Shown: positions 13,061 through 15,111 of the stretch, in pieces
Layout: the number at the start of each line of letters is the position of its first letter
How positions within the stretch are numbered: position 1 is the first letter of the stretch
Origin: Nitrospinota bacterium
GTDB taxonomy: Bacteria > Nitrospinota > Nitrospinia > Nitrospinales > VA-1
DNA length: 15,111 nucleotides
Reading direction: 5' to 3'
NCBI GenBank assembly: GCA_038108555.1
Contig: JAYNIA010000057.1
Span: 1-15,111 of the forward strand
The notes under the pieces: model-generated
Seen by the model: the letters and a program-made list of their open reading frames with translations, nothing else
What the model was told of the DNA's origin: nothing
Database searches by the model: none
Program-made: the position numbers and the translations under genes

Positions 13061-15025
13061 TTAATTGAAAATATCCAGTATTGAATCAAGAAATGAGGTT
13101 TGCATTACATTTCCCCCACCCTCAACATCAAAAACGAGTTCCTGGCTGGCAAGAACTTCATAACCAGCTGCAACCTTTTCCACTACTTCCCTTGCACTCA
13201 TCGCGTAATCAAATCCCCGATTCTTGATAGCTCCAATCAAATTGGCTGGTGCCATTCCGGCAACGAAATCAATTTTAGCTTTATATGGACCTTTACCCGT
13301 CAACAAATCTCCATCGACCTTATATTTGGCCCACTTGGAATCCAGAGGAGCAAGACTTCTTCTGTTGATTCTTTCGACAGTACTTTCCCCAGTCAAAATA
13401 AGAGACCGTGTCGTTGGCCTCAGGAAAGGAATCGTTGTGACGGGATAAGGAACCGGGATAACCCGTTCCCTCTCTCCCCCACGGCTGTTGAACACAAGAA
13501 AACGACCGCGGAGATCAAACAACTGGTCATCTAAAGGCAAATCGCCATTAATAACGTAAGCCGACTCATGATCTCGCACATCAAAGTTGGGATCATAGTC
13601 ACCAGATTTGAATATTGCTTTGCCCGTGCTGTCTGTAACAGTTACCTGCAGGAAGACAAGCCGCTCAGCCGCAAACCCTGTGGGGACATTATGTCCGTCT
13701 GTCAGGTTTTCCACTTTTACTTTAAAAGCAAGCCCACCTTTATCGTTCCGGGTAATTACCGGTTTCCCCAGTTTATAGCCATTGTTTAGCACTTCCAGAC
13801 GTTTTTGCCTGACCCATTCCAAACGCTTAAACTGAACTTTCAAGATATCACGAGCATCATAGCGGTCGTCCACAGATTCCCAACGTGATGGGAATTTCAT
13901 GTCGCTTGTAACTTTATTTTCGAATTCATCCGTTCCCCAACCCGCTTCGTAATCAAACTGCAACCATTCCCTCATTGTTGCCAGTTCCTGCGCTTCGACA
14001 TTGTGAGGGAAAATACCAGGATGAACCACTGAGTAATCGGGTCCTGCAAAAATATGGTTAGTCAATTTCCTGGGTTTGGTTTCTTTTCCCCCAACAATAG
14101 CGGCGGGCCCTTCTTCATACCCGGAGGGAATTCCCTGGACTTTTCCCATATGACAATCTTGACAGGTGGTTCCTTTTTCTGCTGCAGGTGACATTCGATA
14201 TTCACTGAATGCTTCTTCCAGCCGAATACCGTTCAACAAGGTCACATCATGACATTGGCCACAGAAAGTCGAACTGGAAATAGGTTCAAACTTGAAAGCT
14301 TTGGTATGGATTTTTCGACCGGGTTTTCCTTTTTCGGTAACGACTCGATATTCATCTGTATTATCCAATACCCGTTTCAGCTCTTGCCCGCCTGAAGGTC
14401 CATAAACCGGTGCCAGCAAATCCCCTTTCTCAATTGCCAGGCGACCACTACGCTTGTTGTAAACTTTGGTGGTTCGATGACAGGCAATACAGGTAATTCC
14501 TTCGCGGGAGGCCGGGTGACGGTCCAAATTAGAAATAAAAGGACTTTCGTTTAAATTTGCTCCAATGGGAGTGTGGCAGCGAAAACAGAAATCACCATTG
14601 GTTCCACTGGTAATTTCGTTAATAAAACTGCTCATGGAAAGATAAACAGGACTTAACTGTGCATAAGAATGTTGTGAAACCGACCATTCTTTATAGTGTT
14701 TTGGATGACACGTCGCACAGGTCGTAGCTGATGGGTAATCATTTTCAACGAATAGGTTCGCATGCTCGGCTGCAGCCACTGCTGCAATGTCTCTCTCTCC
14801 GTCAGCCTCACCCTCTTTCTTCATTTCCCCCTTCATCTCTGAAGAAGATTTGGATTCCATGGCTTTTTTATCTTCGGACTTTGCCATCATTTCCGACTTG
14901 CCAGAATCTTTCTGGGACATAGTAGCCGGAACATTTTTGTTACAGGAATAAAGAAAAACGATAGAAAGGATAGTTAAAACTAATGGAAGGAAACTTTTTC
15001 GATTCCCATGCGCACTCAAAGCCAT
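13061..15025 (-). CDS. Pentaheme c-type cytochrome lipoprotein (c554-like N-domain, C-terminal GHxxPTG beta-rich domain)
   Basis: 654 aa. Lipoprotein signal (FLYS-C28, Asn at +2) and Met/Lys/Glu/Ser-rich tether. Heme motifs CATCH, CFRCH, CIACH, CGQCH, CQDCH. W..SQH and EGITC..CH c554-family signatures; V.VENLTDGHNVPTG...RL.FL.V.V.D..G domain. Confidence 0.85.
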   Translation of the reverse strand: MALSAHGNRKSFLPLVLTILSIVFLYSCNKNVPATMSQKDSGKSEMMAKSEDKKAMESKSSSEMKGEMKKEGEADGERDIAAVAAAEHANLFVENDYPSATTCATCHPKHYKEWSVSQHSYAQLSPVYLSMSSFINEITSGTNGDFCFRCHTPIGANLNESPFISNLDRHPASREGITCIACHRTTKVYNKRSGRLAIEKGDLLAPVYGPSGGQELKRVLDNTDEYRVVTEKGKPGRKIHTKAFKFEPISSSTFCGQCHDVTLLNGIRLEEAFSEYRMSPAAEKGTTCQDCHMGKVQGIPSGYEEGPAAIVGGKETKPRKLTNHIFAGPDYSVVHPGIFPHNVEAQELATMREWLQFDYEAGWGTDEFENKVTSDMKFPSRWESVDDRYDARDILKVQFKRLEWVRQKRLEVLNNGYKLGKPVITRNDKGGLAFKVKVENLTDGHNVPTGFAAERLVFLQVTVTDSTGKAIFKSGDYDPNFDVRDHESAYVINGDLPLDDQLFDLRGRFLVFNSRGGERERVIPVPYPVTTIPFLRPTTRSLILTGESTVERINRRSLAPLDSKWAKYKVDGDLLTGKGPYKAKIDFVAGMAPANLIGAIKNRGFDYAMSAREVVEKVAAGYEVLASQELVFDVEGGGNVMQTSFLDSILDIFN

Positions 15026-15079
15026 GACCCCAACCCCCGTTATCTGGTGAAATAATAACCTTATAATAAACTTAAAACA

Positions 15080-15105
15080 GGGAATTTATACATAGTGGAA
15101 TTCCC
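15080..15105. promoter_or_regulatory. Inverted repeat upstream of the cytochrome operon (operator or terminator of an upstream minus-strand gene)
   Basis: GGGAATT-N12-AATTCCC; on the minus strand it is followed by TGTTTTAAG. Confidence 0.3.
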
Positions 15106-15111
15106 ATTGTA

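Larger units (their letters stand above)
4722..15025 (-). other. Putative seven-gene operon encoding a trans-envelope electron-transfer system
   Basis: Seven co-oriented genes, six with redox-cofactor motifs plus a porin. Gaps are about 56, 69, 108, overlap, 0 and 40 nt. Confidence 0.75.

Noticed and set aside
2318..14922. Numerous 60-144 aa ORFs nested in or antisense to the long genes, including Cys-containing ones such as 8974-9156 and 9009-9338
   Set aside because: All overlap well-supported CDSs in other frames (2742-2942 only partly), lack coherent motifs, and are expected by chance.
13061..15025. Calling the pentaheme NrfA, or either c554-like protein HAO/CycA
   Set aside because: No CxxCK motif or NrfA-like layout, and heme counts and lengths do not match octaheme HAO. 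Only the N-terminal c554-family pattern is shared.
1..15111. CRISPR arrays, tRNA/rRNA, IS elements, integrases
   Set aside because: No regularly spaced direct repeats, RNA-gene signatures or transposase/integrase motifs were seen; the window is almost fully occupied by the listed CDSs.

Overview
Bacterial (diderm) genomic window. Left part (1-4695): a 3'-truncated HDOD-domain gene and a YdcF/DUF218 membrane protein on the minus strand. Divergent from them is an AS3MT-type arsenite methyltransferase (arsM), preceded by a 12-2-12 inverted repeat like an ArsR/SmtB operator. Next come a secreted FecR-domain protein with a sigma54 promoter and a small CxxC/CxxC protein. Right part (4722-15025): a tight seven-gene minus-strand redox cluster. 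In transcription order it encodes a pentaheme c lipoprotein, an outer-membrane beta-barrel, a periplasmic tetraheme c554-type cytochrome, a cytoplasmic fusion of two cNMP-binding domains with 4x[4Fe-4S], a 5-TM diheme-b (ferric-reductase-like) membrane protein, a membrane-anchored decaheme cytochrome with a cytoplasmic 8-Cys tandem repeat, and a membrane-anchored FAD/NAD(P)H/[2Fe-2S] reductase. Together these look like a complete electron wire from cytoplasmic NAD(P)H to the outer membrane (19 CxxCH motifs), possibly gated by a cyclic nucleotide. I do not recognise it as a characterised system. No RNA genes, CRISPR arrays or mobile elements were seen. All calls come from reading motifs by eye; no database searches were run.
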